A stretch of DNA of 62,531 nt, counting the filler, from Candidatus Babelota bacterium (lineage in GTDB: Bacteria; JAGOBX01): NCBI GenBank assembly GCA_017999075.1. It is 10 parts of 10 records of this genome, joined end to end, with 100 filler letters (N's around TTAATTAATTAA, not from the genome) between each part and the next. Parts side by side here need not be neighbours in the genome. Positions count along the whole stretch, not along the records: positions 37,704 to 43,840 come from JAGOBX010000232.1; positions 43,941 to 50,072 come from JAGOBX010000233.1; 8 more parts are not named here. The stretch is one strand, 5' to 3'. A program made the translations under genes and the position numbers. The notes beneath the pieces are model-generated. The model searched no databases and had not been told where the DNA came from. It worked only from the letters and a program-made list of their open reading frames with translations. This document shows, piece after piece, positions 38,031 to 49,268 of the stretch; position 1 is the stretch's first letter; each line of letters begins with the position of its first letter.

Positions 38031-38100
38031 AAAAAAGCCGGTTATAATTTTAATGTTCAAAAATGTTTTCTTTTAATTGAAATTATAACCGGCAATTTTT
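38031..38100. terminator. Long hairpin, probable bidirectional terminator between convergent genes
   Basis: GCCGGTTATAATTT (38037-38050) / AAATTATAACCGGC (38080-38093), with A run before and T run after. Confidence 0.6.
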
Positions 38101-40584
38101 TTAGATTTTAAACATGCTTATCAAGTTTTTAAGTTCTGATGATATTTCCATAAGCTGAATTGCCTGGTTTGCAACTTTTTCAGCGGATTGAGCATTTGAT
38201 TGGGATGTATTATTTATTTCACTTATAGCAATATTTATCTGAGAACTTCCTTTATTCTGTTCTGCCATTGAATATTTAATGTCGTTTGTAATATTTTTGA
38301 CATTTTCCATTGATTTGACAATAATCTCAGTATTTTTAATTTGTTCGTTTGAAGCTTCTGCCACTTCAAGACTTAATGTTTTTACTGTTTCAATTTGATT
38401 TATTATCTGTTTACTTGCAATATTCTGTTCATTCATAGAAATCGAAACCTGTTTAATCAATCCGCTCATTTCTTCAACTTTTTGTAAAATTCCTGTAAGA
38501 GATTGGCTGACTTCTTTTGACAAAATGACCCCTTCGTCTGCGAGTTTTGCTCCATCGTTTGTTGACTTTACAGCGTGTTGAGTTTCTAATTGTATAGCTT
38601 TAATTATTTCTGCGATTTCTTTAGTGGCTTTCGAACTTCTTTCAGCAAGTTTTCTCACCTCATCTGCAACTACTGCAAACCCTTTTCCGTGTTCTCCTGC
38701 GCGAGCAGCTTCTATTGCTGCGTTTAAAGCAAGAAGATTAGTCTGTTCTGAAATATCATCTATAACTTCAATAATAGTTCCGATATTTTCTGCTCTGCTT
38801 CCCAGTCCGCTTATAACTGATACAAGAGAAACCATATTTGTCCTTATTCCTTCCATTCCTGCATTTGCTTTTTCAACTGTTTCTTTACCTTTGTAAGCTG
38901 CTGTTCCGCTTTCTTTTGCTTTTGAATCGACAAAATTAACATTAGATGTAATGTTTGAAATATTCTGGATCATTTCTTCTATTGCTGCAGAAGCGGAATC
39001 AACAGAATTTTTGACATTATCAATAGATTTAGATACGAGTTTTATTTTTTGGGACATTTGATTTGCTGATTCTGTAGTTTGTTCTACAGCATCTGCCTGA
39101 GACTTTATATTTTCTGTTATTTTTTCAGTAGTAGAAGAAAATTCGTTTATAGTGGAGGAGGTTTCTTCAATGCTTGCAGCTGTTTCTTCAGATGAAGCCG
39201 CAATTTCTCTGACTTTATCATCAAGGATTTTACTCGCAGTTCCGAGTTTGTCAGTTGCAGAAACTACGCTTTTTACAAGCATTCCTATATTATCGACAAA
39301 TTTATTAAACCAAGCGCCAAGAGTTATTATTTCGTCTTTGCATACAGTTTTATAAACCTTACATTCCTTGCAGCTTTTATATATTCCGTCTTTTATCTTA
39401 AGACATTTTACTTCTTTGCCGAACTGCGCGGCATAACTTCCTACGTTAAACCAGCACAGAACTCCGTTCTTGTTGAATTCAGGACAATCTTTATTTTCAC
39501 AATTCATTATCTTAGAACAGCTTACATTCTCAATAGGATAACGTATGCTTAAATCTCCGCTTGCTCCTTTGGAAAATAATTCGGAAAAATAATTAAGCGG
39601 AGTTATTATACTTTTGGTAAACCAGCCTGAAATAAATAATATTATTATAGAAATTATTATAATAAGCGCGAATATGACATTTTTTAATTTATTGACAGAT
39701 GCAAAAATTTCTTTATCTGCGGCACCTATTGAAAGTTTCCATCCGAACCCTTTGTAATTTCCCGAGCCTTCAGAAGTTACAAATATAGCGGTTTTATCAA
39801 CTCCTTTAAATGTATATTTAAATACATCTTCATTTTTTGAATTATATTTATCTTGAAATTCAGAGTTGACTATATCTTTAAGATTTTTTCCGATCAATGT
39901 TTTATTTGGGTGGGAAATCATCTCAAATTTTGAATTTACCAGATAATAGTATGAATTTGTCAATCCTTGTTTTTTAAATCTTGCATTAGCATATTCTAAA
40001 AGTTTCTCTATATAACTCCAATCTAACCGCGCATTTAAATAGCCTACTGTCTGTGAACTTGAATTTTTTACCGGGATGGTAAATTCCATAGTGTATTTCT
40101 TTTCTTCACCGAAATATTTGATATGCGCGGAATTCTGAGCTTTTATTTCCCAATCGCGTATAACTAATTTATCTTCTTTAACAGCTTCTTCAAACCATTG
40201 TTTTCCGCCGTTTTTTTCACCTATGAATTTTTCAAAACTTGATGCTACATTTTCTCCGTTTTTATTAACGAGAATAAACACCAGAAAATGAGGTTTTGCA
40301 GTTTGCCATTTTTTCAATATTTTATTTATATCCTCATACCCGAAATCCATGTCAAGAGTATTAATCAATATCGGGTTACTCGAAAAAATACTTAAGTCAG
40401 TAAGTATTGAATCAATTGTTTCATCGATTTTTTCAATCAAATTTTTTGTTTCTAAAGGAAGAGGCGAAATAATAGTTTCACTTAACGCAGTTTTGGAAAT
40501 ATTATATGCGATTGTTCCTAAAATAATCATAGGAATAAGAGTCATCGCTAATGTTAAATAAGATATACGTTGTTTTAAATTCAT
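38101..40584 (-). CDS. Methyl-accepting chemotaxis protein (Cache sensor, HAMP with Cys-rich insert, long signalling domain)
   Basis: Two TM helices; [38 protein letters not shown]. Confidence 0.95.
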   Translation of the reverse strand: MNLKQRISYLTLAMTLIPMIILGTIAYNISKTALSETIISPLPLETKNLIEKIDETIDSILTDLSIFSSNPILINTLDMDFGYEDINKILKKWQTAKPHFLVFILVNKNGENVASSFEKFIGEKNGGKQWFEEAVKEDKLVIRDWEIKAQNSAHIKYFGEEKKYTMEFTIPVKNSSSQTVGYLNARLDWSYIEKLLEYANARFKKQGLTNSYYYLVNSKFEMISHPNKTLIGKNLKDIVNSEFQDKYNSKNEDVFKYTFKGVDKTAIFVTSEGSGNYKGFGWKLSIGAADKEIFASVNKLKNVIFALIIIISIIILFISGWFTKSIITPLNYFSELFSKGASGDLSIRYPIENVSCSKIMNCENKDCPEFNKNGVLCWFNVGSYAAQFGKEVKCLKIKDGIYKSCKECKVYKTVCKDEIITLGAWFNKFVDNIGMLVKSVVSATDKLGTASKILDDKVREIAASSEETAASIEETSSTINEFSSTTEKITENIKSQADAVEQTTESANQMSQKIKLVSKSIDNVKNSVDSASAAIEEMIQNISNITSNVNFVDSKAKESGTAAYKGKETVEKANAGMEGIRTNMVSLVSVISGLGSRAENIGTIIEVIDDISEQTNLLALNAAIEAARAGEHGKGFAVVADEVRKLAERSSKATKEIAEIIKAIQLETQHAVKSTNDGAKLADEGVILSKEVSQSLTGILQKVEEMSGLIKQVSISMNEQNIASKQIINQIETVKTLSLEVAEASNEQIKNTEIIVKSMENVKNITNDIKYSMAEQNKGSSQINIAISEINNTSQSNAQSAEKVANQAIQLMEISSELKNLISMFKI

Positions 40585-40646
40585 TGTGAAAATCCCCAAA
40601 AAATCCGTAAAAATATTTTACTATTAAAATTTATTTAATTCAGGTT

Positions 40647-41516
40647 CTAATATTTAATACCGGTTTTATCAGCCACTTTTCTTATTACATCTAAATCTTT
40701 GTCTGTTTTTTTTGTAAATTTTATTATATTGCCCGGCAACGCGGCCTGTTTCAGAATATCTTCAGGCAACTTAGTTAAAGCATTCTGAACTTTTTCCGCG
40801 ATATCTTTCGGAATTTGAGAATTACTGGAAAACAGCCATTCTGGATATTTAGAAGTTTCAGCTAAAACTTTTAAATCATTTATTCCTGGAATATCCATTG
40901 ATTTTTGACGCATCCCGTTTCTGATACACCCGAAATCAGCAGTTTTGCTTATAACAGCCATAATGACTTTTTCTTGTTTATTTTCAGGAGATTCTTTTAT
41001 CTCACAATCTTTTTTCATATCAATTCCATTGTCTAAAGAATGAGCTTGCTGAAATACATATCCGCCTGCAGAGTCCCAACCTGTTATCCATCCTTTTTTC
41101 CCTTTAATGTCTTTAATGCTTTTTATCGAATCATTATCTTTTCTTGTAATAAATTCGCCAAAAAAACCGTTTTTACTTTGAGCTTCGGCTATTACAATAT
41201 GACCTTTTGGCCGTTCTTTTTTTGCAGCAAATTGAATATAAGTTATAGGATTTGAGTATGCAAAATCAATTTTTCCTTCAGAACAAAGTTTTGTATGTTC
41301 TTCAAAATTTTTCGGATAAATAAAATCAAATGTCAAACCTGTTTCTTTCTGCAGGAACTCAATTACAGGTTTCCACGAAGCATAAACTTTATTTTGAGTT
41401 ATCTGAGGAAGCATTGCAAAAGTATATTTATCTTTTGCATACAATTGACTACACAGTATAATATTAATTAAAAATACAAAAATAAAGATTTTTTTTATAA
41501 AATTTGATTTAAACAT
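40647..41516 (-). CDS. PhnD-like phosphate/phosphonate-type periplasmic binding protein
   Basis: Signal peptide; FLQKETG, GKIDFAY, SAGGYV, VLAETSKYP. Confidence 0.78.
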   Translation of the reverse strand: MFKSNFIKKIFIFVFLINIILCSQLYAKDKYTFAMLPQITQNKVYASWKPVIEFLQKETGLTFDFIYPKNFEEHTKLCSEGKIDFAYSNPITYIQFAAKKERPKGHIVIAEAQSKNGFFGEFITRKDNDSIKSIKDIKGKKGWITGWDSAGGYVFQQAHSLDNGIDMKKDCEIKESPENKQEKVIMAVISKTADFGCIRNGMRQKSMDIPGINDLKVLAETSKYPEWLFSSNSQIPKDIAEKVQNALTKLPEDILKQAALPGNIIKFTKKTDKDLDVIRKVADKTGIKY

Positions 41517-41678
41517 TTTGGTATTCTCCTTTAAAAAATTTTTTTAAATATATATCATTAATTAAAAAATACAACAATTTTAATTATGGATTCAATTTTA
41601 AATCTTTAAACAAAAAACCAAGATATTTATTGATAGTTTGTAAATTAATTATTTTATAATAGAGTATATCATATTTTA

Positions 41679-43049
41679 CTAATCGGTACTTTTAAAATTA
41701 TCAGAAATAATTTTTGATTTCATTTTATTTTTATCTTCGGAATATTCATTTTCAATTTTAATCAATTCTGATTTTGCTTTTTTTATTATATTTCCGGATA
41801 TAGCGGTTTCTATAAGAATTTTATATGCTGCAATTTTATATGTAGGATAAACTTCTATATCATTCAAAAACTCAAATAATTCCCGATTATCAAGAAAATA
41901 AGGAAGAATTATATTATAATTTTCTATATATTTAGAAGTTAAAGAAAAATTTTTCCGCTGATCCTCAGCAGTTTTTCTAATAATCCGTATAATTTTTTCA
42001 AAAAGATATTTTGTTATATTGGTGTTTTCCTTTTTAAAAATGCCCCCGTCAATATTGTAAAATCCGGTATCCATATCATTTTCTTTATAATCAATACTCC
42101 CCTTTGCAATAATAATTTTTAATGGATAATCTTTTTGATTTTTATAAAATTCAACGGGATTATCTTCAGTATAATAATATCCATCAAGTAAATCTCTAAT
42201 AAACATTATTTCAGACTTTGATTTATTAAGTTTGAAAATCATATTTTTTACCGCGATTTCTTTTATTGCACTATTTCTTGTTTTTACAGATAATCTTCCT
42301 GTAATAAGATTTAACCTGATTTTTTTAATATTACTGTCAATTCCAGGAAACAATCCTATAAAACCGCTAAAATTGTTCATCCCATATGTTTCAATTTTTA
42401 TCAAAGTATTTCTGTAACATTTTACAATATTTCCTGAAATGTTTAAAATTATATATCCTGTATCACCGCAATATATTTCAGAATTAGTATAAAGCTCCGA
42501 ACTTTCAAGCAGTTCTTCAAATCTCTTGCTCGAAGAAAAATATTTATCTGTAAATTTAAAAAAATAGGTGTTTGATGGGGAATAAAACAACGAATTTTTA
42601 AAATCAATAATGTCTATTTTATTGTTAACAGGAAAAAACAATATATAACAAATTAATAATATCAAATCAAAAAAAAGCGAGACCATAATAATTTTTTTTA
42701 CGGCATTTTTCCGATTAAAAGAAATATTGTTTTTTTGAAACTGTATAAAATCACAGTGAGGGCAGAATATTTTTTTATATTTTTTAATTGAAAATAACGA
42801 TGGTACAAGTTTGCCGCAATCTGAGCATTTATCTATATTGCCTTTATATTCAAGCGCCTGATTCAAAACCGCATTATTATGTTTCTTTATTGTAATCTCA
42901 GAAAAAAAATCCCTGCAGTCTGACAATTGTATCCAATTTTTACAATTAGAACTTATTTCAATATACTCATTTCTATATAACCATATTATTTCAATTGTAA
43001 AAGGTCCTGATATTTCACCATTGCGTTTAATAAAATATTTTTCATTCAT
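41679..43049 (-). CDS. Hypothetical membrane protein (GYF_2-like N-terminus, Zn ribbon, TM helix, possible FecR-like region)
   Basis: YFIKRNGEISGPF; CSDC...CPHC; one TM helix; beta-rich C-terminal part. Confidence 0.55.
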   Translation of the reverse strand: MNEKYFIKRNGEISGPFTIEIIWLYRNEYIEISSNCKNWIQLSDCRDFFSEITIKKHNNAVLNQALEYKGNIDKCSDCGKLVPSLFSIKKYKKIFCPHCDFIQFQKNNISFNRKNAVKKIIMVSLFFDLILLICYILFFPVNNKIDIIDFKNSLFYSPSNTYFFKFTDKYFSSSKRFEELLESSELYTNSEIYCGDTGYIILNISGNIVKCYRNTLIKIETYGMNNFSGFIGLFPGIDSNIKKIRLNLITGRLSVKTRNSAIKEIAVKNMIFKLNKSKSEIMFIRDLLDGYYYTEDNPVEFYKNQKDYPLKIIIAKGSIDYKENDMDTGFYNIDGGIFKKENTNITKYLFEKIIRIIRKTAEDQRKNFSLTSKYIENYNIILPYFLDNRELFEFLNDIEVYPTYKIAAYKILIETAISGNIIKKAKSELIKIENEYSEDKNKMKSKIISDNFKSTD

Positions 43050-43840
43050 ATTTTTTTAACCTCTCCGCAAGATGTGAAAACCTCCTGTCAGCAAGATTTC
43101 TTTTAATCCCGTAAAACAAAGCTTTTGTGTCACCTATTATAACACAAATTTTTTTTGCTCTGGTTATGGCTGTATAAATAAGATTTCTTGTCAAATTTAC
43201 ATAATAATCCATTGTCATAGGAAGAATTACGCAGTCAAATTCACTCCCCTGACTCTTATGAACAGTTATAGAATAAGCCAGTGCGCATTCATCTCCGTCT
43301 GCAGGAGAATAATTTACTATCGTATCATCAAACCTCGCAATCATTATATTGCAGTTTAATTCATTCACATTATTTTTTTCAAGATATCTGGTTATGATCT
43401 GTTTATCAAATGAGCTATCAACAAGTTCATCAAATCCGCTTCCGGTTGCAATTACTTCCCCGATATCTCCATTCATAATATTTTTATTATAATTGTTTTT
43501 TAATTGTATTATCCTGTCTTTTACTCTATAAAAAACATCACCATACTGAAAATATGAGCCGTTTTCCAATTTCCCATGAATTTTTTTTTGAATTTCAATA
43601 TTTAAATTATCAACTCCGAGAATTCCTTTATATACAGGAGCAAGAATCTGGATATTATCTCTTTTGAATCCGTATTTAGGTAAACGACTGTCAAACAAGT
43701 CAATTATTTCATTCAACGTATTTTTTTTATCTTCATTTGAAATTAGAAAAAAATCCGAATCTTGTGAATTACTTATAAGTAAATTCCTATTATTTATAAT
43801 ATTATGAGCATTAAAAATAATCAGAGATTTTTCGTCCTGG
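43042..43840 (-). CDS. recD2: RecD2-type SF1B helicase, 5'-truncated
   Basis: QILAP...GV..LN, KNNYNK..MNGDIG, YSITVHKSQGSEF, RNLIYTAITRAK. Confidence 0.9.
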
Positions 43841-43940
43841 NNNNNNNNNNNNNNNNNNNNNNNNNNNNNNNNNNNNNNNNNNNNTTAATTAATTAANNNN
43901 NNNNNNNNNNNNNNNNNNNNNNNNNNNNNNNNNNNNNNNN

Positions 43941-45000
43941 AATATTTTTTTCCTTTTATCTGAAGGTCATCTACAATCTTTATTGCATTTGAAACTGAAG
44001 TTGGATTTGCATTATAACAATCGTCAATAATGGTTATTCCTTTATGCTTTACTAATTTCAATCTTCTTCCTGAAGGCTGAAATTTTGATAATGCTGATTT
44101 AATTTGGCTTGATTTTATTTTAAAATGTTCTGCAATAGCGCAGGTTATTAACAGGTTATAAACATTGTGGAAACCGAGTAAAGGCGAATTTATAAATTCA
44201 TTTTTATACTTAACTCTGTACATCCCATTTATATTTTCATATTTTTTGAAAGTAAAATCTGCATCTTTAGAAAACCCATATTTTATTTTTTTCATTTTAA
44301 ATTTGCCCGCAGAATTTCGTATATATTCATTATCCCAATTCAAAAATGCTGTTCCGTTTTCACTAAGATTTTTCAATAGTTCGCATTTGGCGTTAGCTAT
44401 ATTAGTCATTGACTTCAATCCTTCAAGATGGACAGGTTCAACATTAGTCAATACAGCTATATCAGGTTTAATAATTTTACTTAAATAATCGATTTCTCCC
44501 TTATGATTCATCCCTACTTCTGAAAGAAGTATTTCTGCATCATCAGTCAGTTTAAATACAGTCAAGGGAACGCCGATATGATTATTAAAACTTCCGGCAT
44601 TGGTAACAACATTAAATTTTGTTTTTAATACGCAATTAATCATATCTTTTGTCGTTGTTTTTCCGCAGCTTCCTGTTACTGCTATTGTTATGATTTTAAA
44701 TTTAGATTTATAAAATTCTGCTAATTTTCCCAAAAATAAAACAGTGTCTTTAACTATTATTTGCGGAATTTTAGCATTAATTTTATTATGGACAACTACA
44801 GCTCCAGCGCCTGATTTTACAGCAGTATTGACAAAATCATGACCATCAAAGTTTTCTCCTTTTATAGCCAAAAATAAATCGCCTTTTTCAACTTTTCTTG
44901 AATCCGTTTCTATTTTATTTATTTTTTGTTCTAACATTTCTGCAGGAATGTTTTTATACGCGCCTGATAATTCAGCAGCCTCTTTAAAAGTTAATTTCAT
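43941..45000 (-). CDS. murF: MurF, 3'-truncated
   Basis: TDSR, TGSCGKTTTK, NNHIGVP, EVGMNHKGEI, IDDCYNANP; GGAGG RBS. Confidence 0.96.
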
Positions 45001-45026
45001 CTCAAATGTTACCTCCTGCAAAATTT

Positions 45027-46508
45027 TTAATTTTTGAACGATTTCTTTGTTTTAATAAATTTCATAGCAACTTTTTTATCATCAAACTCTATAGTTTTAT
45101 TCCCTATTATCTGATAGTTTTCATGTCCTTTTCCGGCAATTAAAACAATATCGTTTTTACTTGCAGAAATTATAGCTTTTTTTATTGCTTCCGTTCTGTT
45201 TTCAATAACACAATAATTATTATATCCCTTGCACCCTGTTTTTATTTCGTTTATTATATCAGTAGGTTTTTCGCTTCGAGGATTATCCGAAGTTATTATT
45301 GCATAATCACTTTTATCTACCGCGATTTTTCCCATCAACGGCCGTTTCAATCTGTCTCTGTCTCCGCCGCATCCAAACACTGTAATAAGTTTATTCCCTG
45401 ATTTTAATTTCGTTAAAGCATTTAAAACATTTTCCAAAGCATCAGGAGTGTGCGCATAATCAATAAATATATGAATTCCGTTTTTCCCTTTCACTTTATC
45501 CAAACGTCCTGGAACATTACAGAATTTATTGATCAGCTTTACAAACACATTTTCTTCAATCCTCAAAAATTTTGATAATCCGAATACGGCTAAAATATTA
45601 TATATATTGTGATGTCCTATTAATTTTGATTTTATTTCAATAACTTTGTTTTTATATTTAATATGAAATTTATTTGCTGTCAATGAGCATTCTATAGGAA
45701 TTCCTGTAATATCAGACTTATTATTTATTGAATAAGTTATTATTTTTTTTCCAAAACAATTATCTATTATATTTTTAAAATATTTATCGTCGTTATTAAC
45801 TATTGCGGTTCCGTTTTTTTTCATGTATTTAAACAGCATTGATTTAGCATTAATATAATCCTGCATAGTTTTATGATAATCAAGATGATCCTGAGTCAAA
45901 TTAGTATATACAGCGCAGTCAATTTCCGATAAATCAAGGCGATTTTGTTTAATAGAATGCGAAGATATTTCCATCACTGCATATTCAGCTTTTCTGTCAA
46001 CAGCTTCTTTAAATAATTTGTATAAAACAAATGGTCCTGGAGTTGTGTTATTTATTTTAAAAATTTTTTTTCCTATGTTAGCGTTTATAGTTCCGATCTG
46101 CAGACATTTTTTTCCTGAATTATTTATTATATATTTTAACAATGTCGCAATCGTGGTTTTACCATTTGTTCCTGTAATCCCGATTATTGTTAATTTTTTT
46201 CCTGGATTTCCATAAAAATTTTGACATAATTTAATAATTGTATCTGTTATATTTTCTTTATCAGGAACTCTTAAATATATTATATTATCGTAATATTTTT
46301 CAAGTTCATAACTATGAATAACCGCTTTGGCGCCGAGCTTTATCGCCTGGCAAATAAAATTATGCGAATCAATTTTTTCACCTTTTTTTGCAACAAATAA
46401 AAATTTTTGTTTAACCTCAGCAGTATTGTCGGTAATTCCGGTTATGTCTTCATTTACATAATTTTTTTTTATAAAATCAATATTTTTTATTAGTTCACTT
46501 ATTTTCAT
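45027..46508 (-). CDS. murE: MurE (meso-DAP type)
   Basis: TGTNGKTT, DYAHTPDAL, GCGGDRD, DNPR, AGKGHE. Confidence 0.97.
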   Translation of the reverse strand: MKISELIKNIDFIKKNYVNEDITGITDNTAEVKQKFLFVAKKGEKIDSHNFICQAIKLGAKAVIHSYELEKYYDNIIYLRVPDKENITDTIIKLCQNFYGNPGKKLTIIGITGTNGKTTIATLLKYIINNSGKKCLQIGTINANIGKKIFKINNTTPGPFVLYKLFKEAVDRKAEYAVMEISSHSIKQNRLDLSEIDCAVYTNLTQDHLDYHKTMQDYINAKSMLFKYMKKNGTAIVNNDDKYFKNIIDNCFGKKIITYSINNKSDITGIPIECSLTANKFHIKYKNKVIEIKSKLIGHHNIYNILAVFGLSKFLRIEENVFVKLINKFCNVPGRLDKVKGKNGIHIFIDYAHTPDALENVLNALTKLKSGNKLITVFGCGGDRDRLKRPLMGKIAVDKSDYAIITSDNPRSEKPTDIINEIKTGCKGYNNYCVIENRTEAIKKAIISASKNDIVLIAGKGHENYQIIGNKTIEFDDKKVAMKFIKTKKSFKN

Positions 46509-46873
46509 TATTTCACTTTTATAACAATTACTTTTTTATTTCTATTTTCTTCAAGCCCCATTTTATTTAATGCCAGTTCTTTTATTCTACCGGGATTCTC
46601 GAGTTCTACTTTTTCTATAAGAATTCTTTTTTTTTCGTTATCAAGAGCAATTTTTTTATCCTGAAGCCGTTTAATCTGAGCTTTCAGATTTATAAATTGT
46701 TCTTCCTGAAAAGACATATATCCTATTAAAACAAATAATATTACTGCCATAAGTATAAAACTTGAATACATTTTCCAATCGTTTTTCCATCCGCTTATAA
46801 ATCCTGAATATACTGATTCAACATTTTTTCTGATATTTTTCAGATTGTTTTTTTTTTTCTTAATTTTATTCAT
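46508..46873 (-). CDS. ftsL: Cell division protein FtsL-like
   Basis: TM helix, coiled coil, LENPGRIKELA..MGL; follows rsmH. Confidence 0.75.
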   Translation of the reverse strand: MNKIKKKKNNLKNIRKNVESVYSGFISGWKNDWKMYSSFILMAVILFVLIGYMSFQEEQFINLKAQIKRLQDKKIALDNEKKRILIEKVELENPGRIKELALNKMGLEENRNKKVIVIKVK

Positions 46874-46874
46874 G

Positions 46875-47828
46875 TTATTTTATAGTATGACTGTTCATAT
46901 TTCCGGTTTTTTCTAAAACTCTTAATTTTGCGCTTCTGCTTCTGATATTTAAATTTAATTCGTCATCGTCAGGGTCAATAGGTTTCCTGGTTAATATTGA
47001 AAATTCAGATTTATAGTTCAAATTATCAGGAGCAAGATGTTCATTGTTGACAAGGTATTTAAAAGTATTTTTTACAATCCTGTCTTCTAAAGAATGAAAC
47101 GATACCACTGCCAGCCTTCCGCCCGGTTTTAACGAATAAGCTGCTGTTCTTAATGTTTCATCAAAATTTTCTAATTCATTGTTAACTGCTATTCTCAATG
47201 CTTGAAATGATCTGGTTGCCGGATGAACTCTGTTAGAATTAAATTTTTTTGGTTTTGGTATTGATTTCAATATTATTTCAGCAAGTTCCGAAGTTGTGGT
47301 TATTGGTTTGTTTTTTCTGAAATCAACAATATTTTTAGTTATTCTTCGTGAAAATTTTTCTTCTCCATATTTATAAATTATATCTGCAATCTGAGTCTCA
47401 GAATAATTATTTATTATTTCATATGCCGATAAAGATTGGGTTCTGTCAAGACGCATATCTAATTTAGAATTAAATCTAAAACTGAATCCACGGTCAGGAG
47501 TATCAAGATGAACTGAACTTATTCCTAAATCAAATATGAAATAATCTATTAAATTGTATAATTTATTTTCTTCAATAATTTTATCAATTTTATTGTAATC
47601 GGAATTCACATATTTTACATTGTTAAAATTATGCAATGTCTTTTTTGCAATATTTATCATTTCTATATCTTTATCCATACCGTAATAAACTATTTTTTCA
47701 TTTTTTTCCAGTAAAGATAATGCATATCCGCCTGCTCCAAGAGTAGCATCAAAAATTATTCCGCCATCTTTAACATGCGAAAATTCAATTATTTTCTGTA
47801 ATAAAACCGGTATATGCAGACTCGGCAT
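46875..47828 (-). CDS. rsmH: 16S rRNA m4C methyltransferase RsmH
   Basis: HIPVL, DATLGAGG, DLGISS, RGFSF, FHSLEDR, RSRSAKLR. Confidence 0.97.
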   Translation of the reverse strand: MPSLHIPVLLQKIIEFSHVKDGGIIFDATLGAGGYALSLLEKNEKIVYYGMDKDIEMINIAKKTLHNFNNVKYVNSDYNKIDKIIEENKLYNLIDYFIFDLGISSVHLDTPDRGFSFRFNSKLDMRLDRTQSLSAYEIINNYSETQIADIIYKYGEEKFSRRITKNIVDFRKNKPITTTSELAEIILKSIPKPKKFNSNRVHPATRSFQALRIAVNNELENFDETLRTAAYSLKPGGRLAVVSFHSLEDRIVKNTFKYLVNNEHLAPDNLNYKSEFSILTRKPIDPDDDELNLNIRSRSAKLRVLEKTGNMNSHTIK

Positions 47829-47894
47829 ATATTTACCAAACTATTATATTAAATTTTTAAAACCAACCAAAAAAGATTTATCAATAAAAATAAC

Positions 47895-48338
47895 TTACAT
47901 TTCTTCAAGCAAATCTTCTATATTTTCAAATGATTCTGTCTCATTTTCCCAATTTGATTTATTCCATAATTCAATTCTATCGCCTGCCCCAACCACTATA
48001 AGTACCTTTTCAATGTCCACCATTCTCAATAAATTCTGCGGCAATAATAACCTGCCGTGATTATCAATAACTCGCTTCACTGCAGATGATGTTAAAACTC
48101 GTTTTAGTTTTCTTATCGCCTTTTTTTCTATGCCATCTTTTAAATTCAGTTGCTGCCCGCAAAATTTTCTGTATCTGTCTTCTGTAAATACGTACAGACA
48201 TCCGTCAAGTCCTTTGGTTATAACTAAAAGTTTTCCTTTAAGAATATTTCTATATTCCGCCGGAAACGAAAATCTGTTTTTATCATCTATGGCAACTTCA
48301 TAATTGCCTAAAAAATCATCTGAAAACAAATTATCCAT
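47895..48338 (-). CDS. mraZ: MraZ transcriptional repressor
   Basis: IDDKNR, IDNHGR, GAGDRIELW; ATG 48338 preferred over the GTG inside the operator. Confidence 0.93.
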   Translation of the reverse strand: MDNLFSDDFLGNYEVAIDDKNRFSFPAEYRNILKGKLLVITKGLDGCLYVFTEDRYRKFCGQQLNLKDGIEKKAIRKLKRVLTSSAVKRVIDNHGRLLLPQNLLRMVDIEKVLIVVGAGDRIELWNKSNWENETESFENIEDLLEEM

Positions 48339-48352
48339 TTTATCTTCTTTTT

Positions 48353-48415
48353 CCATTGTTCCCCACAATATCCCACTTTGCTCCACAATTTTAAAATTTA
48401 ATTATATTTTGTCAA
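48353..48415 (-). promoter_or_regulatory. mraZ promoter and MraZ operator
   Basis: TTGACA-16-TAAAAT followed by GTGG-N6-GTGG-N6-GTGG-N6-ATGG (10-bp period), matching the known MraZ box. Confidence 0.85.
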
Positions 48416-48739
48416 TAGATTTTTTTATTTAATTTTTGGTGAGGTTATAACCTGAATTTCTTTATATATTTGTAACTATGTGGAAAAAGGCTGAAAATAC
48501 AGGCAAAACAATAAAATTCATAATTGTAATTTGATTATATTATAATTGTGTTTTTTTCAAAAACACAATATTTTCAGGATTTTTTTAATATAGTCATTGA
48601 AAAACCGGAAATTCAGGTTATAAATATGATGGTATTCAAAAATTAAAGAAAATCTTAAAAACACTGCTTGAGTCAAATTACAATTTTGAAATATCGCCGA
48701 GTATATCGGAACTGTTTCCAAAATATATTTATATATTTT

Positions 48740-48982
48740 TTAAATCCCAAATATATAAGCAATTCTATTGAATTGATAAGCCAATTTTTTTTTAATTTCA
48801 TTTAATAATAACATAATATCTGATGTGAAGGTTGAAACATATGAAAATTGATTAGAGAAAAAAAAATTATTATTTAAATAATTCTCCTGACTTGAAAAAA
48901 TATTATTATAAGATTTATGAGCTGACACTTTTTTATAAAAGTGATTAGGATTTATTCTTGGCTGAGATTTACAGCTTTTCAT
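48740..48982 (-). CDS. Small hypothetical protein (80 aa)
   Basis: Strong GGGAGGAGG RBS before ATG 48982; no family recognised. Confidence 0.4.
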   Translation of the reverse strand: MKSCKSQPRINPNHFYKKVSAHKSYNNIFSSQENYLNNNFFFSNQFSYVSTFTSDIMLLLNEIKKKLAYQFNRIAYIFGI

Positions 48983-49140
48983 AACCGTCGCCTCCTCCCA
49001 AAATAAATATTTACTAAATAAAAAACTGTATATCTTTTTAATCCCTATATTTATAATATAACACAAAAATTGCCTAAAATCAAGTTTTATAACAAAAAAA
49101 TAGTGAAAAGTAATAAAATTATGGCATCATAATATTTCAC

Positions 49141-49268
49141 TAGTGTCCAATAAAACATAAAAATTGTAAAAGGCTTTGCCTTGCAGTAAAATATAGGAAT
49201 TGACTAAAAGCCTATAAAATACAGGATGCAAAGCCAAGTGCATAATAATACAATGTTGTTTGACAGTA
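49141..49268. mobile_element. 128-bp nested-palindrome element (degenerate MITE or structured RNA)
   Basis: Ends TAGTGTCCAATAA / TTGTTTGACAGTA (10/13); nested ATTGTA/TACAAT, GGCTTTGC/GCAAAGCC, TATAGG/CCTATA. Confidence 0.45.

Noticed and set aside
49224-49235. GGATGCAAAGCC as a c-di-GMP-I riboswitch core
   Set aside because: The GNRA-capped stem and second hairpin are not evident, and the segment pairs with GGCTTTGC in the long palindrome; an Rfam scan would settle it.
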